Shown: positions 10,119 through 20,931, counted from the first letter of the stretch. The stretch: DNA of 64,000 nt from Lachnospiraceae bacterium (GCA_050944455.1 JBMNRC010000002.1:1-64000), one strand, 5' to 3'. Numbers and translations: made by a program. Notes: generated from the sequence alone by a model not told the origin.

Positions 10119-11408
10119 TTGGACGTCGGAGACGCCGCGCGATTGTTGGTTCTGGTGATACTGATAGTGCTTTCTGCCTTTTTTTCCTCGGCGGAAACCG
10201 CGATGACAGCCTGCAACAAGATCCGTATCCGTTCTATGGCGGATGCCGGTGACCGGCGGGCGCGGAAGCTTCTCAAAGTGCTGGACAACGGTCCCAAGAT
10301 GCTCAGCACGATTCTCATCGGAAACAACATTGTCAACCTGACGGCGTCCTCGATCGCGACCGTGTTCGCGACGGACGTGTTCGGAAGCGGCGCGGTCGGG
10401 CTGTCCACAGGCGTTCTCACCCTGGTTGTGCTGATCTTCGGCGAAATTTCGCCCAAGGACGCCGCGTCGGTTCACGCGGACGGCATGGCGCTTCGTTTCT
10501 GCGGGATCATCTCCGTTCTGATGAAGATCTTCACGCCGGTGATTTTCATCGTGAATTCGATCGCGAAGGGAGTGCTCCGCCTGCTCGGCGTCGATCCGGA
10601 TAAAAAGAAGGACGGCATCACCGAGGAGGAACTTCGCACCATCGTGGACGTCAGCCACGAGGAAGGCGTCATCCAGAAGGACGAGCGCAACATGATCAAC
10701 AACGTGGTCGACTTCGGGGATTCCAAGGCGAGAGACGTGATGGTCCCCCGCATCGACATGGTGATGATCGACGCGGACGCGACCTACAGCCAGCTGATGG
10801 AAGTGTTCCGTGAGAATATGTTCACCAGAATGCCGGTCACGGAGGGCAGCGAGGCAAACGTCATCGGCATCCTCAACATGAAGGACATCCTTCTGTACCA
10901 CGAGGGAGATCCGTTCTCTATCCGGAACTATCTGAGAACGCCTTTCTTCACCTATGAGGACAAAGCCACGGCGGAACTGCTGCCGGAGATGAGGGCGGCC
11001 AACGCCAGCCTGGCCATCGTGCTGGACGAGTACGGAAACACCGCCGGTCTCGTGACGCTGGAAGACCTGCTGGAGGAGATCGTTGGTGATATCCGCGACG
11101 AGTACGACGCGGACGAACCCGCGGATTTTGAAAAGGTGTCCGACCGGGAATACCTGGTGCTCGGATCCGTCAATCTCGACGACGTCAACGACAGGCTCGG
11201 TTTGTCGCTGCAATCCGAGGATTACGATACGATCGGCGGCTATGTCGTCGGCCTGCTGGACCATCTCCCGTCACCCGGCGAGAAGGCGGAGGAAAACGGC
11301 GTGGTTTTCAAAGTGGAGAGAATGGACAAAAAGAGGGTTGACCAGGTCCGCATCATTCTTCCTGAAAAACAGGAGGAGCCTGAGAAAGAAGTTGACGGGG
11401 AGGAATAA
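10119..11408 (+). CDS. HlyC/CorC (CNNM) family transporter: DUF21 + CBS pair + CorC_HlyC
   Basis: TTG start 10119 preceded by GAAGGGGTGG; LLVLVILIVLSAFFSSAETA DUF21 signature, CBS pair, C-terminal transporter-associated domain; start could also be 10143. Confidence 0.8.
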   Translation: MDVGDAARLLVLVILIVLSAFFSSAETAMTACNKIRIRSMADAGDRRARKLLKVLDNGPKMLSTILIGNNIVNLTASSIATVFATDVFGSGAVGLSTGVLTLVVLIFGEISPKDAASVHADGMALRFCGIISVLMKIFTPVIFIVNSIAKGVLRLLGVDPDKKKDGITEEELRTIVDVSHEEGVIQKDERNMINNVVDFGDSKARDVMVPRIDMVMIDADATYSQLMEVFRENMFTRMPVTEGSEANVIGILNMKDILLYHEGDPFSIRNYLRTPFFTYEDKATAELLPEMRAANASLAIVLDEYGNTAGLVTLEDLLEEIVGDIRDEYDADEPADFEKVSDREYLVLGSVNLDDVNDRLGLSLQSEDYDTIGGYVVGLLDHLPSPGEKAEENGVVFKVERMDKKRVDQVRIILPEKQEEPEKEVDGEE

Positions 11409-11468
11409 CCGGAATCCCGGGACCGCCCCGCTGGCATAAATTTTTTAGAACAAGAGGAGAACAAAGCA

Positions 11469-13670
11469 ATGAGCAGGAAAGGTGCAGTTGCACGGTTGAT
11501 TGCCTGGCTCGCGCTGCTGGCGTTTATCGGCTATACAGCGATTTTCGGGCTGGGCAGCGATGGTTCGGGAAGCATGAATGACATCACTCTCGGACTGGAT
11601 CTGAGAGGCGGCGTCAGCATTACCTACCAGACGGTGGAAGACGTCACGTCCCAGGAACTGGAGGACGCGCGGAACAAGCTGCAGCAGCGCGCGGAGCAGC
11701 AGTCTACCGAAGCCAACGTGTACACCGAGGGAACCAACCGCATCACGGTTGAAATTCCCGGCGCGACCGACGCGAACCAGATTCTCGAGGAACTCGGAAA
11801 ACCCGGTACCCTGATTTTCTGCACGGATTCCTCCGACCCCGAAGGGACAACCGTGATCACCGGATCCGATGTGGTGGACGCCCAGCCGAGAGTCACCCAG
11901 GATTCGACGACCAACGCCACGGAGTATGTCGTTGAACTCACCCTCACTTCCGAAGGACGGGAGAAATTCTCAGAGGCGACCGCGGAACTGTATCAGAACA
12001 ACGACCCGATTTACATCATATACGACGGAGAGGTCATCAGCGCCCCGACCGTGCAGGCGCACATCGATTCCGAAACCTGCGAAATCACAGGCATGAGCAG
12101 CTATGAGGCCGCTTCGGACCTGGCGTCCAACATCCGCATCGGCGCGCTTCCGGTTGAGCTGGAGGAAATCCGCTCCGAAGTCGTCGGCGCAAGGCTCGGA
12201 CAGGATGCCGTCCGCACCAGCCTGCTGGCCGGCGTCATCGGCCTGATCATCATCTTTATCTTCATGATCGCCTACTACCGCCTGCCCGGCGCCGTGGCGT
12301 CCTTCGGACTGCTCATGTACACCACGCTGGTGATCGTTCTGGTCAGCACCTTCAAGGAAGAGATCACACTGACCCTTCCGGGCATCGCGGGTATTATCCT
12401 GGGCATCGGCATGGCCGTGGACGCGAACTGCATTATCTTCTCCCGCATCCGCGAGGAAATCGGGCAGGGGAAAGCTGTCCGCGCAGCGATTGAAGCCGGA
12501 TTCTCCAAGGCTTTCTCCGCGATTCTCGACGGAAACGTCACGACGCTGATCGCGGCAGCCGTTCTGTTCTTCCTCGGCTCCGGAACCGTCAAGGGATTTG
12601 CCGAAACCCTGGCCCTCGGCATCGTGGTTTCCATGTTCACCTCGCTTGTCGTCGTCCGCTCGGTGATGCGCTCGCTTGTCGCGCTCGGCGCCGAGAACGA
12701 GAAACTCTACGGCAAGGTAACGGAAACCAGGGTATTCGACTTTATCGGGAAGAGAAAAATCTGCTATCTCGTATCTTCCGCGGTAATCCTGGTCGGGATT
12801 GTGAGCATGATTATCCACGGGATCGTCGGGTATTCCCTGAACTACAGCCTTGAGTTCGTCGGAGGCGCGTCCACCAGCGCAGTGCTGGACCAGGAGTATA
12901 CCGTTGAGGAACTGGCGGATGAAGTCGAGCCTGCTGTCGTTGAAGCTATCGGCGACACCGATGTCCAGATTACGCCGGTCCAGAACAGCAGCGAGGTGAT
13001 TATCCGCACCAAGACGCTGAGCCTGGACCAGAGAACCGCGCTGTACGACACGCTGTCCGAAGACTTCGGCGCGGACGAGTCGCAGATCACAACCGAGAAC
13101 ATCAGTGCTACGGTATCTTCGGAGATGCAGCGGTCGGCCATCATCGCCGTCATTGTCGCGGCGATCTTCATGCTGCTGTATGTCACGATCCGTTTCCGCA
13201 ACTTCGCGTTCGGCGCGACCTCCGTAATCCCGCTGATCCATGATGTGCTGGTTCTGCTGGCGTTCTACGCGGTCTTCCGCTGGACGGTCGGCAATACGTT
13301 CATCGCGTGCATGCTCACGATCGTCGGTTATTCGATCAACGCCACGATCGTCATCTTCGACCGTATCCGCGAGAACCTCAAGCTGCACAAGGGCGACATG
13401 AACAATGTGCAGATCGTCAACCTGTCCATCAGCCAGACGCTGACGAGAAGCATCAATACCTCCCTGACCACGCTGATCATGGTTGTCGTGCTCTTCATCC
13501 TGGGCGTGACTGCCATCCGCGAATTCGCGCTTCCGCTGATCGTCGGCATTATCTGCGGCTGCTACTCCTCCGTCTTCATCGCGGGCTGCCTGTGGTATGA
13601 TTTCCAGAACTTCCTGGACAGCCGCGCGGCAAAGAAGAAAAAGGCCGCTGCCGGGAAGAAATCATCCTGA
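11469..13670 (+). CDS. secDF: protein translocase subunit SecDF (fused)
   Basis: 733 aa, SecD periplasmic domain and 12 TM pattern, duplicated GxxxDAN(I/C)IIF motifs; AAGAGGAGA RBS. Confidence 0.9.
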   Translation: MSRKGAVARLIAWLALLAFIGYTAIFGLGSDGSGSMNDITLGLDLRGGVSITYQTVEDVTSQELEDARNKLQQRAEQQSTEANVYTEGTNRITVEIPGATDANQILEELGKPGTLIFCTDSSDPEGTTVITGSDVVDAQPRVTQDSTTNATEYVVELTLTSEGREKFSEATAELYQNNDPIYIIYDGEVISAPTVQAHIDSETCEITGMSSYEAASDLASNIRIGALPVELEEIRSEVVGARLGQDAVRTSLLAGVIGLIIIFIFMIAYYRLPGAVASFGLLMYTTLVIVLVSTFKEEITLTLPGIAGIILGIGMAVDANCIIFSRIREEIGQGKAVRAAIEAGFSKAFSAILDGNVTTLIAAAVLFFLGSGTVKGFAETLALGIVVSMFTSLVVVRSVMRSLVALGAENEKLYGKVTETRVFDFIGKRKICYLVSSAVILVGIVSMIIHGIVGYSLNYSLEFVGGASTSAVLDQEYTVEELADEVEPAVVEAIGDTDVQITPVQNSSEVIIRTKTLSLDQRTALYDTLSEDFGADESQITTENISATVSSEMQRSAIIAVIVAAIFMLLYVTIRFRNFAFGATSVIPLIHDVLVLLAFYAVFRWTVGNTFIACMLTIVGYSINATIVIFDRIRENLKLHKGDMNNVQIVNLSISQTLTRSINTSLTTLIMVVVLFILGVTAIREFALPLIVGIICGCYSSVFIAGCLWYDFQNFLDSRAAKKKKAAAGKKSS

Positions 13671-13690
13671 TCAGATTCTGAGGAAACAGA

Positions 13691-14839
13691 TTGAAATACG
13701 AACTGCTTAAAACGGAAGGCCGGGCCAAACGGGCGCGGGTGACGACGGTCCACGGCGTCATCGAGACCCCGGTTTTCATGAATGTCGGAACAGTGGCGGC
13801 CATCAAAGGGGCTGTCTCGACCAGGGACCTGCGGGGAATCGGCACGCAGGTTATGCTGTGCAACACCTATCATCTGCATGTGCGCACCGGCGACGAGGTG
13901 ATCAGAAGCCTCGGCGGCCTCCGCCGGTTCATGAACTGGGACCGGCCGATTCTGACCGATTCCGGGGGCTTTCAGGTATTTTCCCTGGCGGACATGCGCA
14001 GGATCCGCGAGGAAGGGGTGACCTTCCACTCCCATATCGACGGCCATGTGATTTTCATGGGCCCCGAGGAGAGCATGCAGATCCAGTCCAACCTGGGATC
14101 CACCATCGCGATGGCCTTCGACGAATGCCCTTCCTCGGTGGCGGAGCGGTCCTACATCGCACAGAGCGTGGCGCGCACAACCCGGTGGCTGGCGCGCTGC
14201 AAGGCAGAGATGGAGAGGCTGAATTCGCTGCCGGATACCGTGAATCCTGACCAGCTGCTTTTCGGAATCAACCAGGGCGGCATTTACGAGGATATCCGGA
14301 TCAGCCAGGCGGATGAAATCTCCGCGATGAACCTGGACGGCTACGCTGTCGGCGGCCTGGCTGTCGGCGAGACCGCGGAACAGATGTACCACATCCTGGA
14401 CGTCACTGTCCCGCATCTGCCGCAGAACAAGCCGACCTATCTGATGGGAGTCGGGACGCCGGCCAATATCCTGGAAGGCGTGGAGCGCGGCGTGGACTTT
14501 TTCGACTGCGTCTATCCGTCGAGAAACGGGAGACACGGCCACGTCTACACCAGATTCGGGAAGCTGAACCTGTTCAACGCGAGGTACACCCTGGACACGC
14601 GCCCGATCGAGGAGGGCTGTCAGTGCCCGGCCTGCCGGGATTACAGCAGGGCCTACATCCACCATCTGCTCAAGGCGAAGGAAATGCTGGGTATGCGGCT
14701 GTGCGTGCTGCACAACCTGTATTTTTACAATCATCTGATGGAAGAAATCCGCGGAAGTCTTGACGGCGGGTATTTCGGGGAGTATAAGAAATCCATGCTT
14801 GAGTCGATGAGCTCAGGTGAAGAGGAGGAAACCACATGA
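13691..14839 (+). CDS. tgt: queuine tRNA-ribosyltransferase
   Basis: TTG start with GAGGAA RBS; LDGYAVGGLAVGE and zinc site CQCPACRDYSRAYIHHL. Confidence 0.92.
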   Translation: MKYELLKTEGRAKRARVTTVHGVIETPVFMNVGTVAAIKGAVSTRDLRGIGTQVMLCNTYHLHVRTGDEVIRSLGGLRRFMNWDRPILTDSGGFQVFSLADMRRIREEGVTFHSHIDGHVIFMGPEESMQIQSNLGSTIAMAFDECPSSVAERSYIAQSVARTTRWLARCKAEMERLNSLPDTVNPDQLLFGINQGGIYEDIRISQADEISAMNLDGYAVGGLAVGETAEQMYHILDVTVPHLPQNKPTYLMGVGTPANILEGVERGVDFFDCVYPSRNGRHGHVYTRFGKLNLFNARYTLDTRPIEEGCQCPACRDYSRAYIHHLLKAKEMLGMRLCVLHNLYFYNHLMEEIRGSLDGGYFGEYKKSMLESMSSGEEEETT

Positions 14840-15276
14840 AAAACGTACTGAAAAAAGTGCTAGGCGGGGCGGCTGCCGCGGCAGGTTCGGTGATGGCTTT
14901 CGCGGGCACCGCCATGGCGGACTCGACGTCCAGTTCATCTTCCGGGACGAGCGCGCAGAGCTGGCTGATGATCATTGTTTACTTTGTGATTATCATCGCG
15001 GTGATGTACTTTATCGCGATCCGCCCGCAGAGCAAGGAAAAGAAACAGCAGCAGCAGATGCTTTCGCAGCTTGAGATCGGCGACATTGTGCTGACGACCT
15101 CCGGCTTCTACGGAACCATCATCGATATCACGGACGATACCGTGATCGTCGAGTTCGGCAACAACAAGAACTGCCGTATCCCGATGCAGAAGACGGCAAT
15201 CGTCGAATGCGAGAAGCCGGACGGAAGCTCTCCGACAGCGCCGGCGTCCGGCACAAAGAGCAAGGATACCAAGTAA
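14836..15276 (+). CDS. yajC: preprotein translocase subunit YajC with extended N-terminus
   Basis: IRPQSKEKKQQQQMLSQLEIGDIVLTTSGFYGTIIDITDDTVIVEF; 4-nt overlap (ATGA) with tgt. Confidence 0.85.
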   Translation: MKNVLKKVLGGAAAAAGSVMAFAGTAMADSTSSSSSGTSAQSWLMIIVYFVIIIAVMYFIAIRPQSKEKKQQQQMLSQLEIGDIVLTTSGFYGTIIDITDDTVIVEFGNNKNCRIPMQKTAIVECEKPDGSSPTAPASGTKSKDTK

Positions 15277-15401
15277 CCTGAACCGGGAAGCATTTGTTCT
15301 CCCTGTTGAAAATGCCGCGCGGAACCGTTTCTGCGGTTCCGCGCGGCATTTTCAGCCTTTGGAGGCGCTGTATTCTGACAACCCGCCCGGCGTTCAGCGG
15401 C

Positions 15402-16034
15402 TTATTTCCTGGGATTTTTCTCTTTTCTTTCCTTTTCGGCGTCCGCCTCCTCGGCGCGGATGTTGTCGATGATCCTCTCCATCAGCTGCTTTTTCAGGTA
15501 TACGTCAAACCCCAGCATGCAGAGATAGGTGAAGGTGGCGAGCCGGTCTTTCTCAACCGGATCCTTCAGGTCGCTGAACAGCTTGTTGGATTCGAACAGT
15601 TTGTGGGAGATATCCTTCACCGTGCGGAACATCTCGCCTTTCATGCTTTCGACGATGCGGTCGTAGGCGTCGGGCATGCTGATCTCCGAGCTGCCCTCCG
15701 GATACAGGCTCCGGATCAGGCTGAACATGGTCTGGATGTCGCTGATGGAAAGGATATTCTTCAGGTAGTAGATGAAGATCAGGTAGATCATGTGGTCTTT
15801 CTTGTATTTCTTGGCAACCGGCGCCGGCAGAATGCGGTTTTTGGCGTAGTTGTTGATCATGGTCTTGGTCAGGACCTTGTCGGATTCATACCGCCTCGTC
15901 TCAGACAGGTGGGTATCCATAAACGTCAGGACCTGGTCCATGTAAAGGTCGATATCGGGTATCTCGTCCGATGTGATATGCTGCAGCGAATTCAGGTATC
16001 TGATAAATGCTTTGGTCAGTTCGCGGTCGTCCAT
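15402..16034 (-). CDS. DUF1836-like protein
   Basis: 210 aa with TKTMINNYAKNRILPAPVAKKY motif recalled from DUF1836 Firmicute proteins; assignment from memory only. Confidence 0.5.
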   Translation of the reverse strand: MDDRELTKAFIRYLNSLQHITSDEIPDIDLYMDQVLTFMDTHLSETRRYESDKVLTKTMINNYAKNRILPAPVAKKYKKDHMIYLIFIYYLKNILSISDIQTMFSLIRSLYPEGSSEISMPDAYDRIVESMKGEMFRTVKDISHKLFESNKLFSDLKDPVEKDRLATFTYLCMLGFDVYLKKQLMERIIDNIRAEEADAEKERKEKNPRK

Positions 16035-16306
16035 TCCGTCAACCCCTTCCGGAAACTGTTCCGCCCGGCGGCCCGAGCGCTGTCTGCGGTTTCTTTAATC
16101 ATACCATAATTTGCGCGGGAATTGTCCCGGCATCCCCGGACTTTTTGACGGCGGCAGCGGGAAAGGTGTTCCCGCGGGCGGACTGACCGCGGTATACCCG
16201 GCAGGCCGCCGGATCGCTGCGGCAGGCGGCACCCGCGCGCGGGCCGGCAGCGGGACAGACTCAGCCGTTTAACCTGTTCTGCACAGAATATTCACAGAAT
16301 TTTGCG

Positions 16307-16335
16307 TTGATTACGCGGCCTGTTTATTGTATACT
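16307..16335 (+). promoter_or_regulatory. sigma-A-like promoter TTGATT-17-TATACT upstream of pspA
   Basis: TTGATT 16307-16312, TATACT 16330-16335. Confidence 0.5.
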
Positions 16336-16388
16336 GTCAATAAGAATCAGGTTTCTGACAACCAATTTCCATACAGGAGGCAAAGAAC

Positions 16389-17093
16389 ATGGGTATTCTT
16401 TCGAGATTCAAGGACATCATGTCAGCAAATATCAATTCAATGCTTGATAAAGCGGAGGATCCGGAAAAGATGATTGACCAGTATCTCCGCGAGCTCAATT
16501 CCGACCTTGGCAACGTAAAGGCGGAGACCGCTGCCGTCATGGCAGAGGAGACCCGCGCGAAGAGAGAGTATGAGAGCGCCCTGGAAGATGTCGACAAATT
16601 CCAGAGATACGCTGAAAAGGCGGTCAGGGCCGGCAATGACGCGGACGCGAAGGTATTCCTCCAGCAGAAAAACGCGGCGAACATCAAGGCGCAGGGACTC
16701 CAGAACGCTTACAAACAGGCTGCCGCCAACAGCGTGAAGATGCGCCAGATGCATGACAAGATCGCGAGCGACATCCGCGAGCTCAATGCCAGGAAAGATA
16801 CCATCAAGGCGAAGGTTGCTGTAGCGAAAACGCAGGAACACATCAATGAAATGAGCAGCCACACCAGCTACTCCGATAACACGGAGAGCGCGATGCAGAA
16901 GCTCGACGCGCTTGAAGCGCGCGTTGACAAGCGGCTTGACACGGCCAACGCGATGGCGGAGCTCAACGAGTCTTCCGAGGAAACGAACCTGGAGGATCTC
17001 GAGATGAAGTACGACCTGCAGAGCGATGCCTACAGCGATGTCGACGAAGAGCTTGCCGACCTCAAGAAAAAGATGGGCCAGACACAGAACTGA
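16389..17093 (+). CDS. pspA: PspA/IM30 family protein (phage-shock protein A / LiaH-like)
   Basis: MGILSRFKDIMSANINSMLDKAEDPEKMIDQYLRE.. typical PspA N-terminus, coiled-coil throughout. Confidence 0.9.
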   Translation: MGILSRFKDIMSANINSMLDKAEDPEKMIDQYLRELNSDLGNVKAETAAVMAEETRAKREYESALEDVDKFQRYAEKAVRAGNDADAKVFLQQKNAANIKAQGLQNAYKQAAANSVKMRQMHDKIASDIRELNARKDTIKAKVAVAKTQEHINEMSSHTSYSDNTESAMQKLDALEARVDKRLDTANAMAELNESSEETNLEDLEMKYDLQSDAYSDVDEELADLKKKMGQTQN

Positions 17094-17199
17094 AGCAAAG
17101 CATAATCTGAAAACGCTGCCGCGGTGCCGGAGGAACAGGTCTGTTTCTCCGGCGCTGTGTTCTATATCGGGCTGATGCCTGCGAAAGGAAAACACAATC

Positions 17200-18189
17200 A
17201 TGGGATTTTTTAACGATCAGTTTTCAAGCGTAGTCGAGTGGGAGGAGTACAGGGATGACGTCATCTTCTGGAAATGGCCGGGCAGTGAGATCAAGCGCGG
17301 CAGCAAACTGATCCTCCGCGCCGGGCAGGACGCGGTGTTTATGTACAACGGCGTGTTTGAAGGTATTTTCACGGACGAGGGAACCTTTGACATCGAATCA
17401 GATATCATCCCGTTCCTCAGCACGCTGAAGAGCTTCAGATTCGGCTTCAACACCCCGCTCCGCGCCGAGGTCATGTTCATCAACACGAAGGAATTCACGA
17501 AAAAATGGGGAACGAAGAACCCGATCGCACTCCCCGTGAACGGTCTTCCCGGAGGCATGCCGATCCGGTCGTTCGGCATGTATTCGTTCAAAGTAGCCGA
17601 CGCCCGCACGCTGATCGACAAGATCGCCGGCATCAAGCAGCAGTTTACGACGGACGACGTGGCGGAGCGGGTCTCTTCGGTTCTGGATCCGATCCTGATG
17701 CGCGCTATCTCCACGCAGGGAAAGGACATGTTCAATCTCCAGGCCAACGCCCCGGAGATCGGGAACTCCGTGAAGGAAGACCTCGACATGCAGCTGCTGA
17801 AGATCGGCCTGACAGTGACGGATTTCCAGATCCAGAGCGTCTCCTACCCGGAGAAGGTCGCCGAGATGCAGGAGAAGGCGGCTGCGGCCGCGATGGTGAG
17901 CGATACCGATCATTACACCAGAGTGCAGATGGCGGACGCCCTGGGCAAGGGCGGTTCGGCGGCAGGGTCCGACGCGGCGTCCTTTGCCGGGATGGCGATG
18001 GGAATGGCAGTGGGCAGCCAGATGGCGAAACAGATGACGGGACAGGATGCGCCGCAGAATGCCGGCGGCGGGAGCGCGGGGAACGCGTCCGCGTCAGACG
18101 GAGGAGCTTATCCGAAATTCTGCCCGAACTGCGGAAGGCCGACGGACGGCAGCAGATTCTGCCCGGACTGCGGACAGAAACTGGCCTGA
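17200..18189 (+). CDS. SPFH/band-7 domain protein with C-terminal Zn-ribbon (COG4260, YdjI-like)
   Basis: SPFH-like core, Gly/Ala/Met-rich linker, CPNCGRPTDGSRFCPDCG zinc ribbon; directly downstream of pspA as in B. subtilis pspA-ydjGHI. Confidence 0.75.
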   Translation: MGFFNDQFSSVVEWEEYRDDVIFWKWPGSEIKRGSKLILRAGQDAVFMYNGVFEGIFTDEGTFDIESDIIPFLSTLKSFRFGFNTPLRAEVMFINTKEFTKKWGTKNPIALPVNGLPGGMPIRSFGMYSFKVADARTLIDKIAGIKQQFTTDDVAERVSSVLDPILMRAISTQGKDMFNLQANAPEIGNSVKEDLDMQLLKIGLTVTDFQIQSVSYPEKVAEMQEKAAAAAMVSDTDHYTRVQMADALGKGGSAAGSDAASFAGMAMGMAVGSQMAKQMTGQDAPQNAGGGSAGNASASDGGAYPKFCPNCGRPTDGSRFCPDCGQKLA

Positions 18190-18351
18190 GCAAAAGCGGG
18201 CCGGAAGCGGGCCGGAAACGGGCCGCCCGCAGACGGGATTTCCGGATATAACAGAGATGAGGAAAGCGTGAGACAGTCCTGCCTCCCGGCGGGACTGCCT
18301 TCCTTTATATTGACTGCACGGAGAATGCATTTCACGGATTACGGAGGTTTC

Positions 18352-20889
18352 ATGAGTCAGATTACGGATTCGCTCAATGACCGGCAGCGGGAGGCGGTGC
18401 TCTGCACGGAAGGCCCGCTGCTGATTCTGGCCGGAGCCGGGTCGGGAAAAACGCGGGTGATTACCCACAGGATCGCCTATCTGGTCGACGAGATGGGCGT
18501 ACGGCCCTGGAATATCCTCGCGATTACGTTTACCAACAAGGCGGCGGACGAGATGAAGGCCCGCGTGCAGAGCCTGGTCCAGAACGGGGCGGATGCCGTA
18601 TGGGTGGCGACTTTTCATTCCACCTGCGTGCGCATCCTGCGGCGCTTCGGCAGCCGGCTGGGCTACGCGGACGGCTTTTCCGTGTACGACACCGATGACC
18701 AGCGCACCGTGATCAAACAGATCATCAAAGACAGGGAACTGGATCCGAAGGAGTACGGGGACCGCGCGGTGCTGGCAGAGATTTCCTCCGCGAAAAACCA
18801 CGGGATCAGCCAGGACCAGATGTATGCGCAGGCGGGCAGCGACCTGCATGAGCGCACGGTCGCGGAGATCTTCGCGGAGTACCAGCGGCGCCTTCTAGCG
18901 AGCAACGCGATGGACTTCGACGACCTGCTGGTCAACGCGGTCAGGCTGTTCAAAACGGCTCCGGAAGTCCTGGAATACTATCAGGACCGTTTTCTCTACA
19001 TCTGCGTGGACGAGTACCAGGACACGAACCAGGTGCAGTTCGATTTTGTCCGTCTGCTGGCCGCGAAACGGCGCAATCTCTGCGTCGTCGGTGACGACGA
19101 CCAGTCGATTTACCATTTCCGCGGCGCGGATATCACCAACATCCTGAGTTTTGAGGAAACCTTCCCCGGCGCGAAAGTCATCCGGCTGGAGCAGAACTAC
19201 CGCTCGAAGATGAATATCCTGAAAGCGGCCAACGGCGTGATTTCCCACAACGAGGGGCGAAGGGAGAAAAACCTGTGGAGCAGCCGGGGTGACGGAGAGC
19301 CGGTGAAATTCCGGCTGTACGCGAACGGCTATGAGGAAGCCGAAGGCGTCCTTGATACCGCCGCGGATCTCGTCGCCCGGCGCGGGCTTTACTATTCGGA
19401 TATCGCGGTGCTGTACCGCACCAACGCGCAGTCCCGCACTTTTGAAGAAAAATGCGTGCAGCTGGGCATTCCCTACCGCATGGTCGGCGGGGTAAATTTT
19501 TACCAGAGAGCCGAAATCAAGGATATCCTGGCGTATCTGCACGTCATTGTCAGCGGGCGGGATGAAGTCGCCGTGCGGCGGATCATCAACGTGCCCAGGC
19601 GCGGGATCGGCGCCGCGAGCCTGGCAAAGATCACCGACGCGGCGGCGCAGAGGGGAACCTCATTTTTTGACCAGCTCGGGCACCCGGAAAATATCCCGGG
19701 GCTCGGCCGGACCGCCGCGAAGATCAGGCAGTTCTATAACCAGATCATGGTGCTCCGGGCCAGGGCGAAGCTGATGAGCATCGACGACCTGATCAGGGAA
19801 GTGCTGGAGACAACCGGCTATCTGGAGGATATGGAAAAGCTCCCGGATAACGAGGAGCAGGCGAAGCGCGAAAACATCGACGAACTGATCAGCAAGGCGG
19901 CCGATTACACCCGGCAGCATGGAAAGGAAGCGGAACTTTCGGGCTTTCTCGAGGATGTGTCGCTGGTGGCGGACATCGATTCCCTCGATTCGTCGCAGGA
20001 CCGCCTGACGCTGATGACCCTTCACTCCGCCAAAGGCCTGGAATTCCCGGCGGTTTTCATCGCGGGAATGGAAGAAAACCTCTTCCCCTCGTACATGTCC
20101 CTGTACAGCGGCGATCCGGGAGACCTGGAGGAGGAGAGGCGCCTCTGCTACGTGGGAATCACCCGTGCGAAAGATTACCTGGAGCTTTCCGCGGCGCGCC
20201 AGCGGACGGTCCGCGGAAACGTCCAGAACAACCCGGTTTCCCGCTTCGTCACGGAAATCCCCGCGGAAGTGCTGGACTATCAGGATATCTCCGGCGAGGA
20301 CGGATGGACGTACGGAGGGTCCTGGAGCGGCGGGCACGGGATCGTGCGCAAATCCAGCTATTCGAAGGAGCGCGCGCCGTGGGAGGACAATTCTTCCGAC
20401 CTGTATGGCTCCTACGGCGGCGGATCCGGCGGCTTTGGCGCCGCGGACAGCGGTTCCGGGAATTCCGGCGCTTACGGGGATCCGTTCCGGGATTCTTCCT
20501 GGCGGGGGAGCCAGGCTGCGGCCGGCGGCCTGAGCGGTTTCAGGGGCAGCGCGACCGGTTCCCCGGAGAGCTTCGCCGAGACCCTGCCGAACCGTCCGGC
20601 GGAAATCAGCGGGCGTTACGGATCGCTGGGCTACGTCCCCGGGGATTCCGCGAAAAAACAGAAGGCGCCGTCGTTCGGGAAAGCCTTTCATGTTGAAAAA
20701 CCGGAAAAACTGGAATACACTGAAGGGGACAGGGTGATCCACAGCAAGTTCGGCATCGGAACGGTGCAGAGCATACAGGATATGAAGAAGGATTACGAGG
20801 TGACCGTTCTGTTCGACAATCCGAAGTATGGAATCCGGAGGATGTTCGCGGGGTTCGCGAAGCTCCGGAAAGCGGAAGGGACAGACTGA
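18352..20889 (+). CDS. pcrA: ATP-dependent DNA helicase PcrA/UvrD with C-terminal Tudor-like domain
   Basis: ILAGAGSGKTRVITHRIAYL Walker A, UvrD motifs, VSRFVTEIP; about 120-aa Gly/Ser linker then GDRVIHSKFGIGTV; GGAGG RBS; track start 18268 rejected. Confidence 0.9.
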   Translation: MSQITDSLNDRQREAVLCTEGPLLILAGAGSGKTRVITHRIAYLVDEMGVRPWNILAITFTNKAADEMKARVQSLVQNGADAVWVATFHSTCVRILRRFGSRLGYADGFSVYDTDDQRTVIKQIIKDRELDPKEYGDRAVLAEISSAKNHGISQDQMYAQAGSDLHERTVAEIFAEYQRRLLASNAMDFDDLLVNAVRLFKTAPEVLEYYQDRFLYICVDEYQDTNQVQFDFVRLLAAKRRNLCVVGDDDQSIYHFRGADITNILSFEETFPGAKVIRLEQNYRSKMNILKAANGVISHNEGRREKNLWSSRGDGEPVKFRLYANGYEEAEGVLDTAADLVARRGLYYSDIAVLYRTNAQSRTFEEKCVQLGIPYRMVGGVNFYQRAEIKDILAYLHVIVSGRDEVAVRRIINVPRRGIGAASLAKITDAAAQRGTSFFDQLGHPENIPGLGRTAAKIRQFYNQIMVLRARAKLMSIDDLIREVLETTGYLEDMEKLPDNEEQAKRENIDELISKAADYTRQHGKEAELSGFLEDVSLVADIDSLDSSQDRLTLMTLHSAKGLEFPAVFIAGMEENLFPSYMSLYSGDPGDLEEERRLCYVGITRAKDYLELSAARQRTVRGNVQNNPVSRFVTEIPAEVLDYQDISGEDGWTYGGSWSGGHGIVRKSSYSKERAPWEDNSSDLYGSYGGGSGGFGAADSGSGNSGAYGDPFRDSSWRGSQAAAGGLSGFRGSATGSPESFAETLPNRPAEISGRYGSLGYVPGDSAKKQKAPSFGKAFHVEKPEKLEYTEGDRVIHSKFGIGTVQSIQDMKKDYEVTVLFDNPKYGIRRMFAGFAKLRKAEGTD

Positions 20890-20931
20890 TCCGACCGGGA
20901 CCGCGGGGACGCGGCAGAATCTGGAGGAGCA

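Noticed and set aside
10020-14734. Minus-strand ORFs 10020..11264, 11970..13388, 13562..14734 opposite the CNNM, secDF and tgt genes
   Set aside because: Antisense artefacts with biased composition. The sense genes are strongly supported.
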